DNA from: Candidatus Pacearchaeota archaeon
Lineage (GTDB): Archaea; Nanobdellota; Nanobdellia; Pacearchaeales; GW2011-AR1
Length of the DNA stretch: 64,000 nt
Assembly (NCBI GenBank): GCA_018303845.1
Contig: JAGVXH010000004.1
Coordinates: 69,165-133,164 of the forward strand
Direction of reading: 5' to 3'
This document shows, in pieces, positions 8,598-17,634 of this stretch. The translations under genes and the position numbers were made by a program. Each line of letters begins with the position of its first letter. Position 1 is the stretch's first letter. The notes under the pieces are model-generated. The model did not search any database, was not told the origin of the DNA, and was given only the letters and a program-made list of their open reading frames with translations.

Positions 8598-9977
8598 TTA
8601 CCAAATTCCAATAAACCAAAAAAACATCATCAATGCAAACATGAACAAAATCAAATAAGTCGCGATTTGATAAGCTCTTCTTGCAAGTTTTTCCGAACCA
8701 AACATTCCCCAAACGCTAAGATAAAAGAACCTTCCGCCGTCGAGCATTCCAAGTGGCATCATATTAAACAAAGCTACAAGCAAATTGATAACCATAATCC
8801 ACCAAAGCAAATGAAAAATAAAGAAAACAAATTCACCATCCCATGTCGGAGTATAGTAAGTTGAAGATTCTTTGAACCCCATAAACTTAGTTAAAAATCC
8901 CTGAATAAATCCTTTCGGGTTCGCCTCATTATGTCCAACACCCAAATAAGCCTTTCCTGAACCATCGGGATGCTCGCTTAACATTACATCATATTCATTA
9001 ACTTCGTCGTAGTAAACAGTCGTAAACCTAACAATATCGCCAGGCTTCTTATTTTCCAAAAACCATCTCAAGCTTTCTTGTCCCAAAATTTTCACATCAT
9101 CAGCCTGAACAATCGCCCCTTTCATCTCAGCAAGAACAGCAGGAGCCTCGACATAAGCAACCAAATATTCCTGATTCACAAGATCAAGTTGCAAAGCAAG
9201 CCCCTCATCCAAATAATAATTTCCATCATTAGTGAAAACTTTAGTTAGATTTCCAACCTTGTCAAACCCAGTCACATTTTCCAAAGGAATTGCAGTAACG
9301 GCATACGAATTAAAAATGTATCCCGACGCTGCAAAGCTACTAAAAAAGAAACCAACATAAAGTAAATAAAATAAAATAGCAACCAAGACATTCGCAAAAA
9401 CACCAGCCGCTAAAACCGTCATCTGGTCCAGTTTCTTTTTACTTTTCATGCTAGTCTCACTTTGCTCAACGAATGCTCCAAGTATTGGACCTAGGAAAAC
9501 CAAACCAGTGGATTTAATCTTAATTTTAAACAGCTTCATAAAAACGCCGTGGCTAAATTCATGAGCAATTGCAACAATTGCCAAGGCAACAATAAAATAA
9601 CTAAAATAAAATGGCGGGAAAAAGCTTTCCATACCAAACAGTTTGGGAAAATATGGAATTAGCGGAGCAATCGGAGGAGCCTTAATTAATTTTGTAATTT
9701 CAGGATGTAACAAATAAATCGCAACAGTCTGCCCAAGCATCCAAATCATCATAGCCATCAAAATCCCGCCAAGTCCAACAATCGCCCACTTCATCTTTTG
9801 CATAATAAAACCAAATTTCTGAGTAAACCAAGTCATAGCACGAATTCCATATTGCGTCCGCCACATAAACATCCAACCCTCTTTCGATAATTCACTCCTT
9901 CGCTTCCTCAAGAATAAAAATACACCCAAACTAAAAACTATCAAAAATACCATATCATAGACAAAAAAGCTTACCAT
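8598..9977 (-). CDS. Site-2 protease family (M50) membrane metalloprotease
   Basis: HEFSHG zinc motif, the NMMPLGMLDGGRF motif, multiple TM segments and a central soluble insert. Confidence 0.8.
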   Translation of the reverse strand: MVSFFVYDMVFLIVFSLGVFLFLRKRRSELSKEGWMFMWRTQYGIRAMTWFTQKFGFIMQKMKWAIVGLGGILMAMMIWMLGQTVAIYLLHPEITKLIKAPPIAPLIPYFPKLFGMESFFPPFYFSYFIVALAIVAIAHEFSHGVFMKLFKIKIKSTGLVFLGPILGAFVEQSETSMKSKKKLDQMTVLAAGVFANVLVAILFYLLYVGFFFSSFAASGYIFNSYAVTAIPLENVTGFDKVGNLTKVFTNDGNYYLDEGLALQLDLVNQEYLVAYVEAPAVLAEMKGAIVQADDVKILGQESLRWFLENKKPGDIVRFTTVYYDEVNEYDVMLSEHPDGSGKAYLGVGHNEANPKGFIQGFLTKFMGFKESSTYYTPTWDGEFVFFIFHLLWWIMVINLLVALFNMMPLGMLDGGRFFYLSVWGMFGSEKLARRAYQIATYLILFMFALMMFFWFIGIW

Positions 9978-10030
9978 GTTAGATAAACATAAAATCTCTT
10001 TAAAAAACTATTCTCTTTCTATAAAAACTA

Positions 10031-10591
10031 TTATCTAAGAGTGTGATAAAACAAATCACAACCAGGAGAAATCTGAGTTGTGTCTTTAGTGATATTTATA
10101 AATTTCTTTCGCCCAGGGTCCAGCCCAAAAACATCAATCGAAGTAAGCCTTCCATAATCTCCCAAATAAAACATAGCATCAACTACTTCACATCTTCTAA
10201 ATGCATCTTCTTCAGATTCTTTCTCTTTGTCTTTTTCTGATCCCCTAAAATCCTCTACAAAATATCCAAGAGTTACGACATCCCCAGATTTATTAGACAA
10301 TCCCCCAGTCAACTTAAACCTAGATTCTAACATATTAACGAATCCGACATAAGGAAAATATCCAGGTCCATTAACTCCGGGAAAAGCATGACTACGATAA
10401 CCATCCCTGTAATCTACTTTATTATACATTTCATTAAAAATCCAAGCAATCATTCCAAATCCATTCGGATAAAAATTTTCTTTCTTTCTATTCACCAGTC
10501 CATCTCCAACAATTATGCCAGCCAAATCAGGATTCTTCTTCAGAAAATTGACACGATTAAATGCTTCCTTCAACACTTTTGTTTTATTCAT
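10031..10591 (-). CDS. Hypothetical protein (186 aa)
   Basis: ORF with an ATG at 10591 (the track start at 10612 is TTG). I recognise no family. Confidence 0.45.
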   Translation of the reverse strand: MNKTKVLKEAFNRVNFLKKNPDLAGIIVGDGLVNRKKENFYPNGFGMIAWIFNEMYNKVDYRDGYRSHAFPGVNGPGYFPYVGFVNMLESRFKLTGGLSNKSGDVVTLGYFVEDFRGSEKDKEKESEEDAFRRCEVVDAMFYLGDYGRLTSIDVFGLDPGRKKFINITKDTTQISPGCDLFYHTLR

Positions 10592-10658
10592 CTTTTGATA
10601 CCATCCATTCAAACAAAATTTTTAAACTTTTTAATTATTATTATAAAAAAATATATAC

Positions 10659-10823
10659 TTACTTCTTTCGAACCGGCCGAAAATCCTGTCCCTTACACTT
10701 ACGACATCTAACTTTACCACCAACAATCTTCAAAGGTTCAACCTTCATCTTGTGCTTACAGTCTTTGCAAACAAACGCGTTCTTATACAAACGGTTTTGC
10801 GCAGCCGGAATTTTAGTCGCCAT
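10659..10823 (-). CDS. rpl40e: Ribosomal protein eL40
   Basis: Not in the ORF track (54 aa). Hand translation: MATKIPAAQNRLYKNAFVCKDCKHKMKVEPLKIVGGKVRCRKCKGQDFRPVRKK, a C4 zinc ribbon with a basic tail. Confidence 0.8.
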   Translation of the reverse strand: MATKIPAAQNRLYKNAFVCKDCKHKMKVEPLKIVGGKVRCRKCKGQDFRPVRKK

Positions 10824-10882
10824 AATCAATCATAAAAATTTTAGTTTAAAAGACTATCGGTTACAATCATAAAAATCTAAGA

Positions 10883-11269
10883 TTACAAAACTCTCTTCAG
10901 CAACTTCTCACCCTCGATATCCCAATACTCAATATTTGAACCTTCAACAACACCCGTTACATCTTCGGCAATCGGCAAGTCCAAATTCTCAAAATTCTCA
11001 CTATCCATAATACTCGCCATGTTTTCATGAATAGACAAAACCTGCCCATTCCTCTTATCAATCATAGGAACTTCAAACTTATCATGCCCAGGAATAACCA
11101 TAACTTTCTTCTTACCGCTAAATGCATTAATCGCCTCAAATCTAACTTTCGCATGACCATGCTTACCAGTTTTACTAATGTCCATTTTCTTAACCTGATG
11201 CGCAACGCCGTCAAGCAACAAGAAAGTCCCCACTCTCATCTCTGTAGCGTCAATAACTTTTGCAACCAT
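10883..11269 (-). CDS. eif5a: Translation initiation factor 5A (aIF5A)
   Basis: The SKTGKHGHAKV hypusine loop is present. The ATG at 11269 (MVAKVIDATEMRVG...) is preferred over the long track start. Confidence 0.9.
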   Translation of the reverse strand: MVAKVIDATEMRVGTFLLLDGVAHQVKKMDISKTGKHGHAKVRFEAINAFSGKKKVMVIPGHDKFEVPMIDKRNGQVLSIHENMASIMDSENFENLDLPIAEDVTGVVEGSNIEYWDIEGEKLLKRVL

Positions 11270-11350
11270 AATAACATAAAATTTATTCCTTTTATAAAAC
11301 TTTGCGTATATCATCCCAAAATTTAAAAATAAAGACCGTTTGTTGTTTTT

Positions 11351-11998
11351 ATGCCAATCCAAAAAAATGATTTCATAGAAATCTCTTTCACGGGAAAAAT
11401 CGCAAACACTTCCGAAATCTTCGACACAAATATCCTAGAAGACGCCAAATCGGCAGGATTCAAAACAACAAACATAAAACCCTTCATCTTGTCAGTCGGA
11501 CACAAAATGTTGCCCGCAGGATTCGACAACGATTTAATCGGAAAAGAAGTGGAAAAAAATTACAAAGTAACTCTAAACCCAAAAGAAGCTTTCGGAGAAA
11601 GGAACTCCCAATTGGTAAGAATGATTCCTGCAAAACATTTCCACGAACAAAAAATATCCCCAGTCAGAGGAATGCAAATTTCTCTAGACGGACAACTCGT
11701 AAAAGTTTTGTCTTCAGACAGGGGCAGAACATTAGTCGATTTCAACAATCCACTCGCAGGAAAAAAAGTCACCTATATATATAAGATAAACAAAATCATA
11801 ACTGACCAAAGGCAAAAAATCAATGCACTCCAAGAATTCCTCTTCCGACAAACTTTCGATTTTGAAATACATGGCAAGACCATAACATTCATTGTACCAA
11901 GACAGGCCGAACAATTCATTAAAATGTTCTCTCCAAAATTCGAAGAAATCCTAGCCCTAAAAATAGAAACAAAAACAATTGCAGAAAACAAAAAATAA
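11351..11998 (+). CDS. FKBP-type peptidyl-prolyl isomerase (archaeal long-type with IF insertion)
   Basis: FTGKIANTSEIFDTN, PAGFDNDLIGKEV and FNNPLAGKKVTY motifs. Confidence 0.75.
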   Translation: MPIQKNDFIEISFTGKIANTSEIFDTNILEDAKSAGFKTTNIKPFILSVGHKMLPAGFDNDLIGKEVEKNYKVTLNPKEAFGERNSQLVRMIPAKHFHEQKISPVRGMQISLDGQLVKVLSSDRGRTLVDFNNPLAGKKVTYIYKINKIITDQRQKINALQEFLFRQTFDFEIHGKTITFIVPRQAEQFIKMFSPKFEEILALKIETKTIAENKK

Positions 11999-12004
11999 TT
12001 CTAT

Positions 12005-13174
12005 TTGGCTAACCCCACAAATAATTATAAACCCAGATACGTATTCCAATTCATGAGAGATGTATCAGAAAGTGGTGATATCTTAGATATGCCATTAAAT
12101 TCGAAAAATAATCCAAACGCAGAAATAGATAGAGAACTAGAACAAATTCTAAAAAGACAATCTGCACGAATTAAAGTAGTCGGAGTCGGAGGAGGCGGAG
12201 GGAACACAGTCTCAAGAATGCGAGAAATTGGTGTTAGGGGAGGCGAAGTAATAGCGATAAACACCGACGCGCAAGATCTTCTTTATGCGAATTCCGATCA
12301 AAAAATCTTAATTGGAAGAGAACTTTCAAAAGGCTTAGGCGCGGGGTCAAATCCTCGAATAGGAGAAGAAGCCGCAAAAGAGCAGTCCCAAGAAATCAAG
12401 AAAAAATTAGAAAATTCAGATTTGGTTTTCATAACATGTGGATTAGGTGGCGGGACAGGAACGGGTGCAGCACCAATTGTAGCAGAAATTGCAAAAAAAC
12501 AAGGAGCTTTAGTAATCGGAGTTGTAACCTTGCCCTTCACAGTCGAGGGTGCGAAACGAATCGAAAACGCGATGGAAGGGCTTGAAAGAATGGAAGGGAT
12601 TGTTGATACGCTAATTGTAATCCCAAACGATAAACTCCTAGACCTAGCCCCAGACTTACCTCTCCCAACAGCATTTAAGGTTGCAGATGAAATTCTAACA
12701 AACGCAGTCAAGGGGATCACGGAGCTCGTAACGTCTTCAGGATTAGTTAATCTAGACTTCGCAGATGTTAAGGCAGTAATGGTAAATGGAGGAGTGTCTT
12801 TAATAGGGATGGGAGAATCTGATTCAGAAAATCGAGCCGAAGATGCAGTCTACAAAGCACTAAATAATCCACTTCTAGACGTAGACATAAAAAATGCAAG
12901 TGGCGCCCTAGTTAATGTAATAGGGGGGGTTGACCTTTCCCTAGAAGAATACAAAAATATAATTAAAAAAGTGGGCGAACAACTTTCTCCAGACGCGAAA
13001 TTAATTTCAGGCGCACAGATTTCAAAAGATATGGAAAAATCAATAAAAGTAATGGTAGTAATAACTGGAGTCAAATCCCCACAAATCTCAGGGGAAAGAA
13101 AGTCAATCCGAGAAACCAGAAAAAAAGACATGGAAGGGGAACTGGGAATCAAATTTATTGATGAAAAAGAATAA
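12005..13174 (+). CDS. ftsZ: Cell division GTPase FtsZ
   Basis: GVGGGGGNTV, the GGGTGTGAAP tubulin signature and the NTDAQ motif. The start is either TTG at 12005 or ATG at 12053. Confidence 0.9.
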   Translation: MANPTNNYKPRYVFQFMRDVSESGDILDMPLNSKNNPNAEIDRELEQILKRQSARIKVVGVGGGGGNTVSRMREIGVRGGEVIAINTDAQDLLYANSDQKILIGRELSKGLGAGSNPRIGEEAAKEQSQEIKKKLENSDLVFITCGLGGGTGTGAAPIVAEIAKKQGALVIGVVTLPFTVEGAKRIENAMEGLERMEGIVDTLIVIPNDKLLDLAPDLPLPTAFKVADEILTNAVKGITELVTSSGLVNLDFADVKAVMVNGGVSLIGMGESDSENRAEDAVYKALNNPLLDVDIKNASGALVNVIGGVDLSLEEYKNIIKKVGEQLSPDAKLISGAQISKDMEKSIKVMVVITGVKSPQISGERKSIRETRKKDMEGELGIKFIDEKE

Positions 13175-13236
13175 TCTATACATCAAATTTAACCGCTATC
13201 TCCGAAGTTTTAAAAACCCATTCTCTCTATACTAAT

Positions 13237-13422
13237 ATGGCAAAAGAAATCCTTAGGCAAATTTCGTCTCAATACCACAAGTATCTCAGAGTATGGCATC
13301 TCCTAAAAAAACCAACAATGGAAGAATTCAAAACAATATCAAAGGTTTCTGTCGTCGGACTTCTTGTAATAGGAGCATTCGGCTTTGTAATATCAGTTGC
13401 TATGAAATTAGCGTTCAAATAG
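13237..13422 (+). CDS. secE: Protein translocase subunit SecE (Sec61 gamma)
   Basis: A 61-aa protein with a single C-terminal TM segment, in the conserved position upstream of spt5 and rpl11. Confidence 0.75.
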   Translation: MAKEILRQISSQYHKYLRVWHLLKKPTMEEFKTISKVSVVGLLVIGAFGFVISVAMKLAFK

Positions 13423-13516
13423 ATATTCTAAAATTGACTTACCAAAACTTTTAAAAACTCAAAATTTCAATAAATTACATCTAGTTCTAGATTTTTATGA
13501 GCTAGTGTAAACAAAT

Positions 13517-14185
13517 ATGGCAATAGGATATGACGACGAATTTGACTACCTCGACGAAGAGGATAATAGTAGCGCAGAAGATGCTTTCGCTCCAAAGATA
13601 AAAGGTTCAACAAAACCCTCATTGGTTCCAGAAGACGCAGTGAATACAGAGCCAGCAAAAGAGCTAGCTGAAGAAGAACGAGAGATAGAAGAAGATGCGA
13701 ATATCAAACAGCCAAAGCCAAAGAGAGAGCATGAATCTCAAATATATATTGTCAAAGTTACAACAAACAAGGAAGATAAAGCCCTTGAAATGATTGCAGA
13801 CAAAGTTAACAAAAAAGGTGTTGGCATATATGCAATCGCAAGGCCACATGGACTACGGGGTTACATCTTTTTGGAATCTCCAGATCACAAGCATGCAGAA
13901 GATGCAGTATTTAATTTGCCGTATGTCAAAGGAATTATCGGAGAAACAGTTTCATATGAAAAAATAAAACAAATGCTTGAACCAGTTGCAGCAGACATAA
14001 AGATTGAAAAGAACGACATAATAGAAATTATTTCAGAACCATTCAAGAACGAGAAGGCAAAGGTTATCAGGGTAGACAAATCAAAGAATGAATGCGTTGT
14101 TTCTCTTCTGGGTGCAGCAGTTCCAATACCAGTTACAGTAAAGTTGGATAATATAAGAGTAATTCGAAGGGAGGAGGAAGAGTAG
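13517..14185 (+). CDS. spt5: Transcription elongation factor Spt5 (NusG) with about 70-aa acidic N-terminal extension
   Basis: An NGN domain (IYIVKVTTNKEDKALEMI) and a KOW motif (IIEIISEPFKNEKAKVIRVD), in secE-spt5-rpl11 synteny. Confidence 0.85.
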   Translation: MAIGYDDEFDYLDEEDNSSAEDAFAPKIKGSTKPSLVPEDAVNTEPAKELAEEEREIEEDANIKQPKPKREHESQIYIVKVTTNKEDKALEMIADKVNKKGVGIYAIARPHGLRGYIFLESPDHKHAEDAVFNLPYVKGIIGETVSYEKIKQMLEPVAADIKIEKNDIIEIISEPFKNEKAKVIRVDKSKNECVVSLLGAAVPIPVTVKLDNIRVIRREEEE

Positions 14186-14219
14186 TTAATCTTTTAAACT
14201 AACTATTCAAAAAATTAAA

Positions 14220-14846
14220 ATGGCAATTATTAAATTGATGGTAGAAGGTGGGAAGATGACACCAGGTCCAGCAGTTGCACAACAATTAGGACCGATGGGG
14301 ATAAATATGGGAAAAGTTATCGCCGATGTAAATGTAGCGACACAAGAATTCCAAGGAGTAACCCTTCCAGTTCATTTAACAGTTAACCCGGACACGAAGG
14401 AAGTAACGATTAAAGTTTTATCTCCTCCAACTTCAGAATTAATAAAAAAAGAATTAGGACTTTCGACAGCATCTGGAGCAAGGCTAAAACAAAGAATAGG
14501 AAATTTTGCAATAGAACAAGTTATCGCAATTTCGAAAGCAAAGCATGAGTCGATGCTATCAAATGATTTCATGGCAACATTAAAATCCGTAATCGGAACA
14601 TGCCAATCTCTTGGAGTATTAATTGAGAACAAAGAAACAAAAGAAATCATGAAAGATATCGCTAATGGAATGTTCGCAGAAGAAATTGCCGCTAAAAAAA
14701 CTAATGTTGATCCAGAAAAACGAAAGGCATTAGCAGTATACTTTGCAACAATCGCAGCAAAGCAAGAGGCACTCAAGAAGGCCGAGGATGCAGAAAAGGC
14801 AGCTGAGGAAGAGAAAAAAGCAGAAGCAGCCGTAAAGAAGAAGTAA
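14220..14846 (+). CDS. rpl11: Ribosomal protein uL11 with Lys/Glu/Ala-rich C-terminal extension
   Basis: GGKMTPGPAVAQQLGPMGINMGK and VLSPPTSELIKKELG motifs. At 208 aa it is longer than the roughly 160 aa I recall for archaeal uL11. Confidence 0.9.
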   Translation: MAIIKLMVEGGKMTPGPAVAQQLGPMGINMGKVIADVNVATQEFQGVTLPVHLTVNPDTKEVTIKVLSPPTSELIKKELGLSTASGARLKQRIGNFAIEQVIAISKAKHESMLSNDFMATLKSVIGTCQSLGVLIENKETKEIMKDIANGMFAEEIAAKKTNVDPEKRKALAVYFATIAAKQEALKKAEDAEKAAEEEKKAEAAVKKK

Positions 14847-14879
14847 GTTTATTAACTGAAGGAATCCCATGATATTCAT

Positions 14880-14952
14880 GGGGCTATGGTCTAGCCTGGT
14901 ATGATTCGAGGTTTGGGACTTCGCGACCGCGGTTCAAATCCGCGTAGCCCCA
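14880..14952 (+). tRNA. tRNA-Pro (anticodon TGG)
   Basis: Hand-folded. Acceptor GGGGCTA/TAGCCCC; anticodon arm CGAGG-TTTGGGA-CTTCG; T arm GCGG-TTCAAAT-CCGC; discriminator A. Confidence 0.85.
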
Positions 14953-14989
14953 TTAAAATTTAAAACCAAAAAAAACAAAAAAAACAAAA

Positions 14990-15220
14990 ATGGCAGTAAA
15001 AAACAAAAAAATCGGAAGCGCAGGAAGATTTGGCGCAGGTTATGGTAAGATAAAGCAAAAACTTGTAGCTGTGGAACGAAAACAGCGAATCAAGCAGGAA
15101 TGCCCCTTCTGTGAAGGTCGTGCAAAGCGAAAAATTAAATCTATTTGGGAATGCGAAAAATGTGGAAAAGAATTTGCATCTGGAGCATATCATTTAAAAA
15201 ACCAAAAAACCAAAAAATAA
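14990..15220 (+). CDS. rpl37ae: Ribosomal protein eL43 (L37Ae)
   Basis: GSAGRFGAGYG followed by the zinc ribbon CPFC...CEKCG. Confidence 0.9.
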   Translation: MAVKNKKIGSAGRFGAGYGKIKQKLVAVERKQRIKQECPFCEGRAKRKIKSIWECEKCGKEFASGAYHLKNQKTKK

Positions 15221-15221
15221 A

Positions 15222-15359
15222 ATGGCAGGATACAAATGTTTTCATTGCGGGAATAAGCTGAAATCAGAAGATTTGAAGAAGCGATTCGTTTGTCCAGAAT
15301 GTGGCTCCAGAATTTTTTATAAGCCACGAAATAAAATGAAGACAGTAAGTTCAGATTAA
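15222..15359 (+). CDS. rpoP: DNA-directed RNA polymerase subunit P (Rpo12)
   Basis: Not in the ORF track (45 aa). Hand translation: MAGYKCFHCGNKLKSEDLKKRFVCPECGSRIFYKPRNKMKTVSSD, a CxxC...CxxC ribbon. Confidence 0.75.
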   Translation: MAGYKCFHCGNKLKSEDLKKRFVCPECGSRIFYKPRNKMKTVSSD

Positions 15360-15360
15360 A

Positions 15361-15744
15361 GTGGAAGAAGAATGTAATGGGAATTGTTCAGGACATAATA
15401 ATCCATTCGCGAATTTAGATGCGGAGACTCAATCCCAAATTCAAGAACTTCAAATGCTGGAGCAGTCGTTTCAACAACTTCTAATGCAAAAGAATGCCTT
15501 CAGTATGGAATCCAACGAAACAGATTATATAATCAAAGAAGTCGAAAAAACAGAATCTGAACTTTCTAGAATTATCGGAGGACAAGTCGTGGTTAAGACA
15601 ACAAAAGAAGAGATATTAAAAGAGATGAATAACAAGAAAAGACTTCTTAATACAAGAATGAAATCAATTAACGAGCAAGAACAAGAATTCTCCAAAAAAA
15701 TCGAAGAGATCAGAGAAGAAGTAATGAAGAAGATTCAAGGATAA
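15361..15744 (+). CDS. pfdB: Prefoldin beta subunit
   Basis: Coiled-coil heptads flank a central beta hairpin (QIQELQMLEQSFQQLLMQK ... GGQVVVKTTKEE). GTG start. Confidence 0.65.
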   Translation: MEEECNGNCSGHNNPFANLDAETQSQIQELQMLEQSFQQLLMQKNAFSMESNETDYIIKEVEKTESELSRIIGGQVVVKTTKEEILKEMNNKKRLLNTRMKSINEQEQEFSKKIEEIREEVMKKIQG

Positions 15745-16004
15745 AATTTCGAATTAATTTCATGAGTGTATATTTTTAATTTCTCGTCGGCATTAGATGT
15801 AATTTATAATTTTAATCGCACAGATTAAATAAATTGTCCCTCGATAAACATGTCCCGTCGAGAAAAATATAACTTACTGAAAAATTACTCCTAGCAAGAG
15901 TTTACAAAAGCCCAAATAAAGCTTTCCCGTCGTTAAAATTCTCCAAAATAAAACTCATTGTCTACCACATAAATATTTAAATACTGAAATTATGAAAGTA
16001 CATT

Positions 16005-16403
16005 ATGGCTTTCAACATACTGAAAAAAATGATGGGAAACAAGGATGAAGTTTCCTCAGACTTCATAGAAATAGATCTGGAAAAAGAAAGATCTGATTCT
16101 AAAATCTTGATTAAGACTTTCGCCTTGAAAGTTTATGAGGATATTAACCCAATCTTAAATTCTTTAAGGGAAGGCTATTCGATTGCGGTAATTGACATAA
16201 AAACATTAAAATCAAAAGATGTAGTTGAATTAAAGAGAGCGGTTTCAAAAATTAAGAAAACAGTGGAAGCATTGGAAGGTAAAATCGCAGGATTCGGAGA
16301 TAATACAATTATCGCAACTCCATCTAGAGTTTTCGACATACAAAAAGGTTCGACTGAAGACTCAGCAAAATCAGTTAAGACTGATGAAATAGAAAAATTC
16401 TAA
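16005..16403 (+). CDS. sepF: Cell division protein SepF
   Basis: The DUF552-like core is present (EGYSIAVIDIKTLKSKDVVELKRAVSKIKKTVEALEGKIAGFGDNTIIATP). Confidence 0.75.
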   Translation: MAFNILKKMMGNKDEVSSDFIEIDLEKERSDSKILIKTFALKVYEDINPILNSLREGYSIAVIDIKTLKSKDVVELKRAVSKIKKTVEALEGKIAGFGDNTIIATPSRVFDIQKGSTEDSAKSVKTDEIEKF

Positions 16404-16435
16404 ATTCTTAAAAACTCTCTATTCTCCATAGTATA

Positions 16436-17131
16436 ATGAAAGCGCAGCGTGTTCCAGCCAGCAATGGTTCCAAGTCAACAAAAGTATTGCTCATAGAAAC
16501 AAAGCGTAAATTCAAAGACCATGATGTTAATCTTTCCTTACTAAATTCCTTAAGGGGCAAAACGATATCTTTGGCCGCAACAATCCAATACATAGACCTA
16601 GTCCCGAAAGTCAAATCCTATTTAGAATCTAAAAACAAAAAAGTCATCATAAAGCAAGGCGCTCGCCACAAAGCCCATGTGCTAGGTTGCAATTCAACAG
16701 CCTTAGACAAAACAGCAGACGAAATTCTCATAATCACCGATGGAAAATTCCACGCAATCAATAATGCAATTCAGATTCAAAAACCAATATATATTTTCTC
16801 AGGACAAACATTAGAGCAAATAACTCAAGAAGAAATAGATGCACATAATAAAAAAACTCTAGCAAAACAAAAAAAATTCCTACTTTCAGATTCCGTCGCC
16901 CTAATTCTTTCAACAAAGCATGGGCAGCATCATGAACAAATAGAAAAAATAAAAGACAAAATAAAAGCCTTAAATAAATCTGTATATATTTTTGAAGCTA
17001 ATAATATCAACACGCAAGAATTCGAAAATTTCCCACAAATAGGACTATGGATAAATACGGCATGTTTTGGATTGGCAAGAGATGATCCAAGAATCGTTAA
17101 TCTTCAAGATATAATACAGTTTCTAAAATAA
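16436..17131 (+). CDS. dph2: Diphthamide synthesis protein Dph2-like, short form
   Basis: ATIQYIDLVPKV, HVLGCNS, ITDGKFHAINNAI and WINTACFGLARDDPRIV motifs. At 231 aa it is shorter than I recall for archaeal Dph2. Confidence 0.6.
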   Translation: MKAQRVPASNGSKSTKVLLIETKRKFKDHDVNLSLLNSLRGKTISLAATIQYIDLVPKVKSYLESKNKKVIIKQGARHKAHVLGCNSTALDKTADEILIITDGKFHAINNAIQIQKPIYIFSGQTLEQITQEEIDAHNKKTLAKQKKFLLSDSVALILSTKHGQHHEQIEKIKDKIKALNKSVYIFEANNINTQEFENFPQIGLWINTACFGLARDDPRIVNLQDIIQFLK

Positions 17132-17138
17132 ATCAACT

Positions 17139-17507
17139 TCAGATTTTCGCCATTGAAAACACAGTCTTTAGCGCAACAACAATCGTAGATGGGATAAATA
17201 ACAGGGATAAACTGCCCAAAACATTTCGAAGCGAAGCCACAACATAATTATTGGTAGGGATATATTTTAAAGCATCTACTCCTAAAGCTCCAACAAGAAC
17301 GATGGAAAGACTCGCAAGTAAAAAAACCTGCGAATTTTTATCGCTAGTATTCATAATCCCTACAACTAAACCAATCAAAACTAATGCCGAATAAAACAAT
17401 CCGCCAGCAGATTCCAAGCTTTTATTAAACAGCCCCAGCATCACGGCCAAAACAACCCCAATCAAGAAAGCATAGGCACCCCACAAATTCTCTTTTGATC
17501 TAACCAT
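17139..17507 (-). CDS. Small membrane protein (about 4 TM)
   Basis: Hydrophobic throughout, with ATG start. Confidence 0.5.
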   Translation of the reverse strand: MVRSKENLWGAYAFLIGVVLAVMLGLFNKSLESAGGLFYSALVLIGLVVGIMNTSDKNSQVFLLASLSIVLVGALGVDALKYIPTNNYVVASLRNVLGSLSLLFIPSTIVVALKTVFSMAKI

Positions 17508-17601
17508 AAACTATAGACGACAATGTTATATTTAAGCTTTTCTCCGTCTCTAAAATTTTTTAGATAAAATAATCTAAAAATTATCCAGGGCGAATAGAAA
17601 A

Positions 17602-17612
17602 CTTTATAAATA
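17602..17612 (+). promoter_or_regulatory. TATA-like box
   Basis: ctttataaata lies about 28 nt upstream of the ATG at 17635. Confidence 0.45.
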
Positions 17613-17634
17613 GATGTAACTCAAGAATTACAAC

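Noticed and set aside
12005-12053. The exact ftsZ start
   Set aside because: The TTG at 12005 and the ATG at 12053 are both possible, and I cannot discriminate without ribosome-binding or TSS evidence. I reported the longer ORF.
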